A DNA stretch of 64,000 nucleotides from a virus. How positions within the stretch are numbered: the stretch's first letter is position 1; the number at the start of each line of letters is the position of its first letter. The position numbers were made by a program, and so were the translations under genes. This document shows positions 1-9,329 of the stretch, piece by piece. The notes under the pieces are model-generated. The model had not been told where the DNA came from. It saw nothing but the letters and a program-made list of their open reading frames with translations, and ran no database searches. The stretch lies in the IMG/VR virus record IMGVR_UViG_3300007735_000794, positions 1 through 64,000 of that record. The stretch is one strand, 5' to 3'.

Positions 1-2
1 AG

Positions 3-302
3 ATATATCATTATGCAGTAGACGGGCTTCATTACACAAGTGATGAAGTTGTTGATGCATATGTGTATGTTGATGACTTACTAATTAGTAAAGTAGCATT
101 GTATGTAGGGCCGCAAATCGGTACATCAAATCTTTTTCACGTGTACTTACCAATTGACAATTACAGCGTTGCAAAGTTTGAGCTTGGTTCTCAAGTCAAG
201 ATAACATATAATGATTCTGACGGGAAGCAAGTATATACAGCATCGCTTGCTGGTAGCAATAGCGCAATTCATGCAACGCGTCATGCATGTGGAATCGAAT
301 AA
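3..302 (+). CDS. hypothetical protein, 5' truncated by window start
   Basis: Frame open from base 3 to TAA at 300-302. Confidence 0.6.
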   Translation: MYHYAVDGLHYTSDEVVDAYVYVDDLLISKVALYVGPQIGTSNLFHVYLPIDNYSVAKFELGSQVKITYNDSDGKQVYTASLAGSNSAIHATRHACGIE

Positions 303-316
303 CAAAACAGCAAATC

Positions 317-346
317 ACGTGCGTGACTTTAAACTTATTTTATAAT
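317..346 (+). promoter_or_regulatory. early-type promoter (GTGCGT-N16-TATAAT)
   Basis: acGTGCGT 319-324, TATAAT 341-346; same geometry recurs about 12 times in window. Confidence 0.75.
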
Positions 347-351
347 AAATA

Positions 352-600
352 ACATCTCCCATCGCCCGTTCGAATCCCACCGCGTCTTTATCAAAATCTG
401 CACGTTCTAATGCGTGCAGAGGCGGCAACGAAAGTTGCTTGGCAGTTGTGCAGCCACCATGTGCTTGTTGCGTTTGCTCAATAACGCGGACAAGACGACT
501 TTACAACTGTTAGGGATTGAGCACGGGTCTAAGTCTTGGTAAGATTGCAAGCTCGGGAGCGCACAGCAACCCAAAAAGACTTTGCTTGCAGCACCCAAAA
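352..600 (+). ncRNA. candidate structured ncRNA / long 5' leader
   Basis: Non-coding stretch after promoter with several stems (CTGCACG/CGTGCAG; GCAAC-GAAA-GTTGC; CTTGTTGCGTT/AACGCGGACAAG) and tRNA-like GTTCGAATCCC. Confidence 0.4.
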
Positions 601-622
601 TCATTCACGCAAGGAAGAAACA

Positions 623-907
623 ATGATGCCTACTGCTATTCAAATTATTCATATGTTTGCTGCGGCGTGCTATGTGATTGTTTGTGGCATTGCTTGCGCA
701 GTCGGGCATAGCCTTGACTACGCTGTGTCACGTGGTACGTATGAAGACAAGATGGGACGCAAATATCACATCAAGTCAATTGACGACGTGAATGACATCG
801 TGCAGTATGAAATTGAATTTCGAGCTGGTGGTGGCCCAATTCAGTTTGAAAATGCAACGTGCTCTCGCAAGCGATTCTTTCAAATGAACCTGGTGAAGCT
901 TGGGTAG
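623..907 (+). CDS. hypothetical protein with N-terminal hydrophobic segment
   Basis: ATG 623 after AAGGA; in frame with 536..907 ORF. Confidence 0.65.
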   Translation: MMPTAIQIIHMFAAACYVIVCGIACAVGHSLDYAVSRGTYEDKMGRKYHIKSIDDVNDIVQYEIEFRAGGGPIQFENATCSRKRFFQMNLVKLG

Positions 908-1241
908 AAGCAAGCTAACAGCACTCGAGTTGCTAACACCCTTTGTAGGACGTGTCGTAACGTTGAATGACCACGTATGGATTTACGACTCATTTGTTTG
1001 GTTGAACCCAGGGACGCTCGCGTTTGTTTTAGACGCGTTTGATTGGCAAAATGATGAATTTAATTTTAACAAATGCGTCAAAGCAAGAGCAAGTCATGCG
1101 TCGACAGGCTTGGACTTGAAACAGTATTCAGGACGCGTCAAGATATTCTATCAGCAGCTGAATGTCATTGCGTGGACGTGTGTTTTGATGGGAAGCGATG
1201 AATATCCCGACACATTGATTTCGATTGATGAGGAGCGATAA
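900..1241 (+). CDS. hypothetical protein
   Basis: Tiles with neighbours; VGRVVTL..W..LAFVLD resembles 6465 and 10233 products. Confidence 0.6.
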   Translation: MGRSKLTALELLTPFVGRVVTLNDHVWIYDSFVWLNPGTLAFVLDAFDWQNDEFNFNKCVKARASHASTGLDLKQYSGRVKIFYQQLNVIAWTCVLMGSDEYPDTLISIDEER

Positions 1242-1439
1242 ATGGCAAAATTCAAGTACACTCTCTTCCTTTTGCGTGATCATAACAAGCGAAAGCATAC
1301 ATTTGAAGTCACTGTTCCAGATGAATTTGCTGATTCTCAATCTGTTATTGATGAAGAAGCAATCAATACAATGCCGCAGTGGATTTCTGACGGCGATTGG
1401 GAAATCGAAGATTCGCAGTACAAGTGTGTAGAACAATGA
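1242..1439 (+). CDS. hypothetical protein
   Basis: GAGGAG SD, abuts previous stop. Confidence 0.7.
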   Translation: MAKFKYTLFLLRDHNKRKHTFEVTVPDEFADSQSVIDEEAINTMPQWISDGDWEIEDSQYKCVEQ

Positions 1440-1819
1440 AAAAGAAAGAACAGCAGAAACTCCTTGAATCAACGTTCGAAATTGCGCAAAAGCTCGGTTC
1501 AGAGTTTGAACAAGTGCTTATGAATACGCTGTTCACTGAGCACAATCCCGGATATAAACGCGGTCGTGCACTTACAGTTGCAGATGTGAAGAATCTCAAG
1601 GTGGGTGACATTGTCTGGTTGAGATACAAAAAATGGGATAGAAAGTGGCGTGTAGATGAAGCTGTTACAATTGTAGAAATCTATTCTCCCGGCGATCTAG
1701 AGACAGATGCATGCAGCTTTAGATGCACAAATTCAAATGATAATGAGAAAGCTGTTGATGAAAATCACGGCTATGCAGACCTTTCAGTCGCAGTCAAGAA
1801 AGACGACGTGTCAAAATGA
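1436..1819 (+). CDS. hypothetical protein, KOW/SH3-like (LKVGDIVWL)
   Basis: ATGA overlap; motif. Confidence 0.7.
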   Translation: MKKKEQQKLLESTFEIAQKLGSEFEQVLMNTLFTEHNPGYKRGRALTVADVKNLKVGDIVWLRYKKWDRKWRVDEAVTIVEIYSPGDLETDACSFRCTNSNDNEKAVDENHGYADLSVAVKKDDVSK

Positions 1820-2031
1820 AAGTGAAGCAGCTCAAAGCATTGCTCGCGAAGCTTGATGACGAAATGGAAGTCGTCGTCCAAGAATACAATGGGTGTCAAG
1901 ACATTATGCGATCTATCACAGACGTTGATGTTATCAAGCTCAACAGCTCACTGAAGGACGTCGTCGATCCAAATGTGATGAAACGACGCAGCGGCCAGTC
2001 AATCGCAAAGATCACAGCGCTCAAGTATTAA
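1816..2031 (+). CDS. small phage protein (MKVKQLKALL..MEV), paralog of 13848
   Basis: ATGA overlap; shared N-terminal pattern. Confidence 0.7.
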   Translation: MKVKQLKALLAKLDDEMEVVVQEYNGCQDIMRSITDVDVIKLNSSLKDVVDPNVMKRRSGQSIAKITALKY

Positions 2032-2038
2032 GGTCGAC

Positions 2039-2290
2039 GTGCTAAAAGACTCGCTTGTTCTTGTCACTATTTTGATAGCGTGTATAATCGTCATCATTTC
2101 AAGCATTCGATCGTTGATTGTTCATCACAAGACAATGAATGAATATCGACGACATTGCAAAGAGTATGATGAAAATTGCGATGAGTTAGATCGACGCCTT
2201 GCTAAGGGCGAAAAGAATGTGTCACCATACGATCCTGTCCCAATGCTCTATCCCTATTTCGCACATCGGCGGGGACAAAGAATTCCATGA
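2039..2290 (+). CDS. small membrane protein
   Basis: N-terminal TM helix. Confidence 0.65.
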   Translation: MLKDSLVLVTILIACIIVIISSIRSLIVHHKTMNEYRRHCKEYDENCDELDRRLAKGEKNVSPYDPVPMLYPYFAHRRGQRIP

Positions 2291-2300
2291 ATTAAATTGC

Positions 2301-2330
2301 ACGTGTTTGATAGCATTTATTGTGTATAAT
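2301..2330 (+). promoter_or_regulatory. early-type promoter (GTGTTT-N16-TATAAT)
   Basis: acGTGTTT 2303-2308, TATAAT 2325-2330. Confidence 0.7.
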
Positions 2331-2353
2331 ACAATTCAACATGCGAGGGCGTA

Positions 2354-3622
2354 ATGGCAAATCTTCTTGACGTTGTCCAACATGAGAAGCCAAAGGTGAT
2401 CGATCTTGTCCCATCAGACGTGGAAAGCGTCTGGAAAGCAAGCTCAGATGATCAAGATCATGCAAAGTGGCTTCGACAGCGAGTGCCAGCTTCTGGCGAA
2501 GCTGCTACGTGGGCAAACAAAGTCATCAGTGATGTCGACAAGAAAGTCGAAAATCTCTGCTGGTCAACATACGAAAAGGCAAACCAGCTGCCTGTTCCAA
2601 TGGGAACGCGAGCGCCGGCGCTTCTGAAGAAGCTGATGGCGACTCCGAGTGCTGAACTCGGCGATATCCTCGACGTCACGACGCGTCTTGGCTTTGTCAT
2701 CCTTCCATATGAATACATGTCATCTGACGCGTGGAAGAATGAAAATTCTGATGTGCGAGCTGCAATTGCAGAATTCGGTAGCCTTGCAGGTCAAGAAGAA
2801 AAGAAAGACGCATACAATCGTGTTACGCATACTGCAGTGCCTCGTCGCATGGACGTGTATGTCGTTTGCCCGCCGATCTACTACTCACTCGATAAGCATA
2901 TTGAGTCTGAAAATCCCAATATGCAGCTCTTCGCAGGCAAGAATGAGCAAGCATTCATGGCGTTGGGGCTTACGCTTCCCACACTTCGTGCGATGAATTC
3001 GCAAATCAAGACGCTTGAAGAGAATCAAGCACAGATGTCTCGTGATTACAATGCAGTTCGTTCTGTCGTAGAAGCAAATACTCGAAACATGAATGCTCTT
3101 CGCAACCAAGTTGCAGACTTGGAAAAGAACGTGACAGCTCAGCTTTCGAGAATGCAAGAAATGCTCGATGCTGAGCTGAAGAACACAACTGCTCGTGCTG
3201 TCCAGCTCGCGTCTTCGCTCGGTGCAGAGGGCGCTGAAATTCTGAGATTGCTTGGCAACAAGTCAGACTTGAAGTCTGCAAAGGAAGCACTCGCTGCACT
3301 CGAAGCTGTCAAATTCAGAATCGAGGAACCGCTGATGTTTGCAATGAAGCCCGGCACTTCACTTCGTGATCGAAATGCAGTCACGACGCTGGGACCGTGC
3401 TGGGGACCTGATTTTGCAGATATTATTGCAACTGCTGTCGAGTTGAAGATAGACAAGGAGCAGCGCAAAGCTGCAGAGGGAATGCTCTCTGTCTGGAGAG
3501 GCTCGGGATCTTCGTATCAAAGCAGCAATGCCTACAATGACCAGCGCTACGTACCAGAACTCTCATGGGACACTTCGCCTTACCGCAGTTCTGTATCATA
3601 CGCGAAGCCGAGAAAGTATTAG
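2354..3622 (+). CDS. hypothetical coiled-coil protein (422 aa)
   Basis: GAGG SD; long heptad-rich central region. Confidence 0.85.
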   Translation: MANLLDVVQHEKPKVIDLVPSDVESVWKASSDDQDHAKWLRQRVPASGEAATWANKVISDVDKKVENLCWSTYEKANQLPVPMGTRAPALLKKLMATPSAELGDILDVTTRLGFVILPYEYMSSDAWKNENSDVRAAIAEFGSLAGQEEKKDAYNRVTHTAVPRRMDVYVVCPPIYYSLDKHIESENPNMQLFAGKNEQAFMALGLTLPTLRAMNSQIKTLEENQAQMSRDYNAVRSVVEANTRNMNALRNQVADLEKNVTAQLSRMQEMLDAELKNTTARAVQLASSLGAEGAEILRLLGNKSDLKSAKEALAALEAVKFRIEEPLMFAMKPGTSLRDRNAVTTLGPCWGPDFADIIATAVELKIDKEQRKAAEGMLSVWRGSGSSYQSSNAYNDQRYVPELSWDTSPYRSSVSYAKPRKY

Positions 3623-3636
3623 AATGTTGTAAAAAT

Positions 3637-3673
3637 CTCGCAGCGATGTGTTATTGATTCACATCGCTGCGAG
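3637..3673. repeat. perfect 14-bp inverted repeat (hairpin, possible terminator)
   Basis: CTCGCAGCGATGTG-9nt-CACATCGCTGCGAG just after a stop codon. Confidence 0.85.
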
Positions 3674-3698
3674 CACATCGTTATGAATGTGTTATAAT
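3669..3698 (+). promoter_or_regulatory. early-type promoter (GAGCAC-N16-TATAAT)
   Basis: gcGAGCAC 3671-3676, TATAAT 3693-3698. Confidence 0.65.
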
Positions 3699-3717
3699 TC
3701 GAGTAGAAGGTAAACAC

Positions 3718-3921
3718 ATGCTCGAAGACAACTACAGGCGTGTCATTGCAACGCTTCCATTCGAAGTGAAGATTCAAGACTTCGATGAATGTTCACTCAG
3801 CGTTAGCATCTCTGACGGCCGCCGGCGCTGCGTTTGGTATTGTTACAATGACAGCGGCTTTGATGCGTTGATCAAATGGCTTCGTTTTGAATTGAAAATT
3901 ATCTCATACAACGTCGACTGA
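3718..3921 (+). CDS. hypothetical protein
   Basis: AAGG SD, follows promoter. Confidence 0.65.
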   Translation: MLEDNYRRVIATLPFEVKIQDFDECSLSVSISDGRRRCVWYCYNDSGFDALIKWLRFELKIISYNVD

Positions 3922-3929
3922 GGTTTCAT

Positions 3930-4244
3930 ATGACCAAGCAGATTTACATGTATGTGGGCCGCGGCCGCAACACTGAAAACTTCCCGTGGCGTCCTCTTCG
4001 TTTGAGTGACGAATTCGAAGAAGACATTGCTCGCGGGTTCATTGGTATGTCATTCGAAGACGGTTGCTACGACGCAAATGAAGTCTGCGATGCAGTTGCA
4101 GTTCTCATCGTCGAATTGTTTTCAGAAATGGGAAATTGCTGGAAGCCGAACGTCGGCATCTTCAAGTGTGGTCATTGGTATGATCACAAACTCGGCACGT
4201 ACAAGTACATCAGCTCGAGTGAGCAATTCAGCTTCAAATGGTGA
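3930..4244 (+). CDS. hypothetical protein
   Basis: GAGG SD; tiling. Confidence 0.7.
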   Translation: MTKQIYMYVGRGRNTENFPWRPLRLSDEFEEDIARGFIGMSFEDGCYDANEVCDAVAVLIVELFSEMGNCWKPNVGIFKCGHWYDHKLGTYKYISSSEQFSFKW

Positions 4245-4248
4245 TGAC

Positions 4249-4635
4249 GTGATCAAGTTCATTGACGTGTACAATGACAAGTTTGAACCGAAAACGTGGA
4301 ATGAACCGGCGATGATGACGTCTGCAATGATGGGCGATGCTGCAATTCGTGTGTGGCTCATTCTACGAATCAGAAATGACATCGACAGAAAGTGGCATGG
4401 ACCTGCGCTGAGTGAGATGAATGCCAACGTAAAGATGATTGCCTTTGCAAAAGAAGCATTTCCCATGTGTCATGGCAAGAAGATCGCAGACAATTTTGAA
4501 GCATATATCTGGCATTTGTACAATTTCAATCCGACGAAAATGAATGAAGTGATGTGGAAGTTTTACGCATTTCTTTTGAAAGAGAAAGTGGATTCATACG
4601 TCGTTTGTCCGCTTCTAAAGAAAAAGCTTTCATGA
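4249..4635 (+). CDS. hypothetical protein
   Basis: GTG 4249 in frame of 4006..4635; tiling. Confidence 0.6.
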   Translation: MIKFIDVYNDKFEPKTWNEPAMMTSAMMGDAAIRVWLILRIRNDIDRKWHGPALSEMNANVKMIAFAKEAFPMCHGKKIADNFEAYIWHLYNFNPTKMNEVMWKFYAFLLKEKVDSYVVCPLLKKKLS

Positions 4636-4820
4636 AACTCTATGATTTAGTGCAAATCAAAACTAACTGTACGCTATATCCGTCTGCATTTGGAATCGTC
4701 ATTGCTCTTTATACAGAGGATGCTCGTCTTTACATTAAAGGTAGAAGCTTGTTGTTCTATCATTACGAGTTTGATGTTGTTCAATCAAGCTTTGATGAGA
4801 CACGCCATGAATCGAGATGA
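4632..4820 (+). CDS. small KOW/SH3-like protein
   Basis: MKLYDLVQI; ATGA overlap. Confidence 0.6.
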   Translation: MKLYDLVQIKTNCTLYPSAFGIVIALYTEDARLYIKGRSLLFYHYEFDVVQSSFDETRHESR

Positions 4821-5034
4821 CATCGTCATCGAAGTGGGCGATTTAATCATTCCCATTTACAATAAATATAATGGTTTGCTTGACGCAAGAGTTGTGTTTA
4901 GCATTCAAGCAGAAACTTACAAATGGCTTTACATTGAAGAAATCAAACGATACGACTGGTTTCGCATAACAACAAAAGAAGAAATCTACAAAGGTTTGCT
5001 TAGAAATAAATTCTACGTTATCAAAGGCTCATAG
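4807..5034 (+). CDS. small KOW/SH3-like protein
   Basis: IEVGDLIIP. Confidence 0.6.
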   Translation: MNRDDIVIEVGDLIIPIYNKYNGLLDARVVFSIQAETYKWLYIEEIKRYDWFRITTKEEIYKGLLRNKFYVIKGS

Positions 5035-5040
5035 CAAAAA

Positions 5041-5241
5041 ATGACAAAAAGCATTGCTGAAGTTGGAGATTTGATTCTTGGTGATTGGGAGATTCGCGAC
5101 CCTTTGATCGTTGTTAAAGTTACAGAGACTCACATTTATTGGCAGTATTACAAAACATTTTGCGAAGACAAAGAATATATTCATCATTTTCGTAATACAA
5201 GCGATCTTGATAAAATGATTTGCAAGTGCAGTCAAACATAA
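5041..5241 (+). CDS. small KOW/SH3-like protein
   Basis: AEVGDLIL..LIVVKV. Confidence 0.6.
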   Translation: MTKSIAEVGDLILGDWEIRDPLIVVKVTETHIYWQYYKTFCEDKEYIHHFRNTSDLDKMICKCSQT

Positions 5242-5244
5242 CAA

Positions 5245-5274
5245 GCGAGCGCCCATATTCGAATTGTTTATAAT
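5245..5274 (+). promoter_or_regulatory. early-type promoter (GAGCGC-N16-TATAAT)
   Basis: gcGAGCGC 5247-5252, TATAAT 5269-5274. Confidence 0.7.
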
Positions 5275-5295
5275 AAAAGCGTAGAGGCTAATGCT

Positions 5296-5790
5296 GTGAG
5301 CAAATACGAAAAAGTCTCGCATCCGAAGTTCAAGGTTGGACGATACAAAGCAGACCCAGCAACGGGAAAGCGTGTTATCGACGATGTTCAAAGCTTTGAC
5401 TTCGAGCAGCGTGCTGACGGATCGCCGACTTCTGCAACTGTTCGTGCAATGACTTCGATCTTCCAATCCATCATGAAGATGGGTGGGTGTGTTGAAGTGA
5501 TTCTCGAAGACGGTGGTCTCAGGACGCGAATCAACAAAGCAGATGCTCTCGATCGTTGGCGTGACGAGATGATTTTTCGTCTCGACGCTGATCGCCGCGG
5601 TGCTCCAGAAACGTTTGGTGACAAGGCTGCAAAGATGCGATTGGCTGCAATGAAAGACATCGCAGATGTTGAGAAGCCTTGGCAAAAGGGACTTCCCTGT
5701 GAGCAGCTCCTGACTGACAGGACGTTCGAAATCATCTCGAAGCTTGAAAACGAATTCATCTGGTGGGAAAACTGCCACGGAGCGGAATAA
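5296..5790 (+). CDS. hypothetical protein
   Basis: GAGG SD after promoter; 164 aa. Confidence 0.8.
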   Translation: MSKYEKVSHPKFKVGRYKADPATGKRVIDDVQSFDFEQRADGSPTSATVRAMTSIFQSIMKMGGCVEVILEDGGLRTRINKADALDRWRDEMIFRLDADRRGAPETFGDKAAKMRLAAMKDIADVEKPWQKGLPCEQLLTDRTFEIISKLENEFIWWENCHGAE

Positions 5791-5794
5791 TCAA

Positions 5795-6211
5795 ATGGGC
5801 ACGCTCTACATCATTCGTGGACTTCCTGGCAGCGGCAAGTCCACGACAGCAGACATCTTTCGGAAGCAGAACATCGCAGTCTTCGCTTCTGACGATTTCT
5901 TTCTCAACGCGCAGGGTGTGTACAACTTTGATGCGTCGAAGCTTGCAGAAGCGCACAAGCAGTGTGAAGACAACGTCAATCGTGTCATGAATCTCAAGCG
6001 AGATGTCGCCGTCGAAGGAACATTCACGATGGATTGGGAAGCTCTGCCCGATTTCAGCGCTGCAGAACGAAATGAATATCGTGTCGTTATCATCGACTGT
6101 GGTGATGGCGGTTGCAGCGACGAACAGCTCGCAGCTCGAAACATCCACGGTGTGCCGCTTCATACCATTCAGAAGATGCGTCAGCGGTGGCATTTCAACA
6201 TCTGGCAGTGA
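5795..6211 (+). CDS. P-loop polynucleotide-kinase-like protein (AAA_33 / N4BP2-like)
   Basis: IIRGLPGSGKST Walker A; DDFF; RNIHGVP..IQKM signature. Confidence 0.85.
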   Translation: MGTLYIIRGLPGSGKSTTADIFRKQNIAVFASDDFFLNAQGVYNFDASKLAEAHKQCEDNVNRVMNLKRDVAVEGTFTMDWEALPDFSAAERNEYRVVIIDCGDGGCSDEQLAARNIHGVPLHTIQKMRQRWHFNIWQ

Positions 6212-6241
6212 AGACATGAAATACAGCTTCGAGGCTTCATA

Positions 6242-6475
6242 ATGGCAAAGTCGAAGAAACAAATCAACAACATCGACGCGAAACTTCTTCGTCCTAATCA
6301 AGTCATTATGTTCCATTATTGGTCATGGGAAAAACATCCACTGCAGTATGCTATCGTTATTTCGGCAGATCACAAAAATGGCGATTTTGTTTTCTTTCAG
6401 GACGGGATTCTTGTAAATCATGTAATAGGGCATCTTCGCTGCTCAAAAATCTTGTTGGTTTCTGATGAAAGCTGA
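6242..6475 (+). CDS. hypothetical protein
   Basis: GAGG SD; tiling. Confidence 0.6.
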   Translation: MAKSKKQINNIDAKLLRPNQVIMFHYWSWEKHPLQYAIVISADHKNGDFVFFQDGILVNHVIGHLRCSKILLVSDES

Positions 6476-7049
6476 GAAACGAATTGAGAAGCTTGTTGGG
6501 AAAGTTGTTCGTATAAACTCTCCCATTTTCGATTGGGAATGTGGTCGATGGATTGAGACAGGCGGGTTTGCATTGATTACTGCGATTGATAAACGTCAAA
6601 GAAAAATGACAAAAATTGATCGCGAAGTAGCATTTTCAACTGCAATGAGAACAATTATGCATGGCACACTTGCATATATGAACGTAGTCATTTTTCAAAA
6701 TGCATTTAACGATGATATCTGCAACAGTACAGCAATCGCAATGTTCATTTCATTTGCTACTTTTCTTACTGTCGGATACTTTTGTTTTCACGAAATGTTT
6801 ATGTTGATAACGAAATTGTTTACATTTGATGCGTCAAGAAGAATAGCGTGGATATACCCGACAACACAAACATTGGAAGGATTTACACCAGTTGTGTTAG
6901 ACTTCGATTTCATGTCAACTAATGATGAATTTCCCGTAAGAACATCGCTTGTTTTCCCTGATGGCACCCAGCGCTGGGTTTGGTCACTTGTTGGATCAAA
7001 ATGGTATAAAGACACATTTGTGGTGATCGATGAAATTTCGCAAAAATAA
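6465..7049 (+). CDS. hypothetical membrane protein
   Basis: Internal hydrophobic segments; tiling. Confidence 0.7.
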   Translation: MKAEKRIEKLVGKVVRINSPIFDWECGRWIETGGFALITAIDKRQRKMTKIDREVAFSTAMRTIMHGTLAYMNVVIFQNAFNDDICNSTAIAMFISFATFLTVGYFCFHEMFMLITKLFTFDASRRIAWIYPTTQTLEGFTPVVLDFDFMSTNDEFPVRTSLVFPDGTQRWVWSLVGSKWYKDTFVVIDEISQK

Positions 7050-7272
7050 CAAAGAAATAAAACTTGTGCAATTTGAGCTTGGGCAATTGTTCATTGTCAA
7101 TGATCCTGCTTTTTATGATGAAAACGTAATCGCACTAATTTATGATATCGACAATCACAGATTCAACTTGCAAAAAGTGCATTGTATTTACTATCATCCA
7201 AAAGAAACGTTTGAAGTAGACGTTTGGAATGAAACACTTGAAAGTATGATTATTGAACGTGTTGTATGTTAA
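7030..7272 (+). CDS. small KOW/SH3-like protein
   Basis: FELGQLFIV. Confidence 0.6.
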   Translation: MKFRKNNKEIKLVQFELGQLFIVNDPAFYDENVIALIYDIDNHRFNLQKVHCIYYHPKETFEVDVWNETLESMIIERVVC

Positions 7273-7475
7273 TTCGTGATCTTCAAGACTACAATCTTAT
7301 TATTGTTCAATACGTCGGAAGTGCAAGTAAGCATCTTGCTATTTATATTCCTGAGTTAGCAGCTGAAGAGAAGTCATCGAGTTTTTCGTGCAATCGTGTG
7401 GTGATCTGCACATTTAAGCCCACATCTCGGGGCGTTCGATAATAGATTATATCGTGTTCAAATTGAACTCGTATC

Positions 7476-7505
7476 ACGTGTGTAGCCAATAAAATGTGTT
7501 AAAAT
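7476..7505 (+). promoter_or_regulatory. early-type promoter (GTGTGT-N16-TAAAAT)
   Basis: acGTGTGT 7478-7483, TAAAAT 7500-7505. Confidence 0.65.
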
Positions 7506-7525
7506 GTTTGTAACAAAGGTTTCAT

Positions 7526-8065
7526 ATGCAGAAGCTCTTTATCAATTCATTCTTTCACTACCAGATTATCGAACGAAATGGCAAAAACGTCTTGATTCAA
7601 TTCGGTGATTTGTGCCCAAAAATGGGACACAGAAAAGAATATGATGTGAGTGAAGGTGTAGAATGTGGCGCGTGGAGCAAAGACGAGTTTGTCTCGTTTA
7701 ACTATGACCTTTCAAATGCAACGCATCTTTCAGAAGAAGAGCGTGCAGATAATCACATTGCCGAAGCGAATCCTGGCCCGACGAGGGGCATTGAATGCGG
7801 TGACGATTTTCGATATCATATTCAAGACGCCGATCCGTTGTTTCATAAATTCAACAAGCAAATGAAAGACAACAAAAAGCGCGCAGCAGCTCTTTTTAAT
7901 CAACTGGGCAAAGATGTCAAATCGATTGTTTGGTTCATCAAAGTAGATAATGACGCAGAATTTCTTGATGAAGTGATTCGAATCGAAAATCATCGAACGT
8001 TGAAGCCCAGAAAAACTTTGATCGCTGCATGCGAAAAACAATTGACCAAGCTGGAGCAAAAATGA
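7526..8065 (+). CDS. hypothetical protein
   Basis: AAGG SD after promoter; 179 aa. Confidence 0.8.
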   Translation: MQKLFINSFFHYQIIERNGKNVLIQFGDLCPKMGHRKEYDVSEGVECGAWSKDEFVSFNYDLSNATHLSEEERADNHIAEANPGPTRGIECGDDFRYHIQDADPLFHKFNKQMKDNKKRAAALFNQLGKDVKSIVWFIKVDNDAEFLDEVIRIENHRTLKPRKTLIAACEKQLTKLEQK

Positions 8066-8508
8066 TGTCATTCCTCAATTCAGCCGTTCAGCAAGCAACA
8101 ATCGCTCACGAAGGTCAGCTCGACAAAGGTGGGCACGCATATATCTTGCATCCACTTCGAATCATGTATCGTCTTCGTACGCCTGATGAAGAGTTGATGT
8201 CGATCGCTGTTCTCCACGATTCGATCGAAGACTCTGCTGGGAAAGTGACGATCGAATCTCTCTCGTCGCTCGGCGCACCTTATCGCGTTCTCAAGGCATT
8301 GGAGTTGCTGACTCACGATCCTGCTGTCGACTATATGGACTACATCAAGAAGATTCAAAGTAATCCCGATGCTGTTCGTGTCAAGCTCGAGGATCTTCGC
8401 GACAACAGCGACATCACGAGGCTCAAGGGACTTCGTCAAAAGGATTTCGACAGGCTTGCACGATATTCGATTGCGTATCGTCATCTTATTCAATACGGTG
8501 AGAAGTAA
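8062..8508 (+). CDS. stand-alone HD-domain hydrolase, RelA/SpoT (small alarmone hydrolase / Mesh1)-like
   Basis: AHEGQLDKGGHAYILHP, AVLHDSIED, VKLEDLRDN. Confidence 0.85.
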   Translation: MMSFLNSAVQQATIAHEGQLDKGGHAYILHPLRIMYRLRTPDEELMSIAVLHDSIEDSAGKVTIESLSSLGAPYRVLKALELLTHDPAVDYMDYIKKIQSNPDAVRVKLEDLRDNSDITRLKGLRQKDFDRLARYSIAYRHLIQYGEK

Positions 8509-9329
8509 TGGAAAATAGCGGTTTAGACTTTGACCTTAAACATCACACGATTCTTTGGACAATTGGCGGCAGTAGATGTTATGGAATACATACAAAAGAA
8601 TCTGATGTTGATACAAAAGGAATTTGTATTCCGCCTGCACGCTATTATCATGGCGCATTGAATACATTTGAACAAACAGATTCTCAGCAGCACCTCGAGT
8701 GTTTTCGTGATTTGTTGAATGAAGAAGAAACAAATGTTGCAGCAGGCTCAAAGCTTGAAGGCGTTGTTTATGAAGTAAGAAAGTTCATCAAGCTCGCGAC
8801 AGAATGCAATCCAAACATTCTTGATGTGCTATTCTGTCGCGACGAAGACGTCAGACTGATGACACCTTTGGGAAAATTGCTACGAAACAATAGGCAGCTT
8901 TTTGTCTCTGCAAGAGCGAAGCATTCGTTTTCGGGATACGCAATCGCACAAATGCGTCGTCTTGAAAATGACAAAAGCAATACGTTCAAAACAAGCAGAG
9001 GAAAAAATCGTCAAGATCTAACTGAAAAATACGGATACGACACAAAGTATGCTGCGCATCTTGTTAGATTGATGCGAATGTCACATGAAATAATGGACAG
9101 CGGTGCTGTGAATGTTTATCGTGGCAACATTGACGCCAATGAATTGATTCAAATTCGTCAAGGCGCATGGAAATACGAAGATGTAATTTCTTGGGCAAAA
9201 GCGCAAGATCAAAAGTTGACATTGAATTACAACAACGGGAAATACGCAATTCCGCATTCACCTGATAGAAACGCAATCAATAGTCTTTGTTGCGAAATCG
9301 TCGAACGTCATTTGGCGGGTGAAAAATGA
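8508..9329 (+). CDS. Pol-beta-superfamily nucleotidyltransferase (YcgL/RlaP-like)
   Basis: GSRCYG..SDVDTKG; NPNILDVLF; YDTKYAAHLVRL. Confidence 0.85.
   Translation: MENSGLDFDLKHHTILWTIGGSRCYGIHTKESDVDTKGICIPPARYYHGALNTFEQTDSQQHLECFRDLLNEEETNVAAGSKLEGVVYEVRKFIKLATECNPNILDVLFCRDEDVRLMTPLGKLLRNNRQLFVSARAKHSFSGYAIAQMRRLENDKSNTFKTSRGKNRQDLTEKYGYDTKYAAHLVRLMRMSHEIMDSGAVNVYRGNIDANELIQIRQGAWKYEDVISWAKAQDQKLTLNYNNGKYAIPHSPDRNAINSLCCEIVERHLAGEK

Noticed and set aside
361-390. Intact tRNA gene
   Set aside because: Only the GTTCGAATCCC segment is present; the upstream bases cannot form the T-stem, and there is no D or anticodon arm
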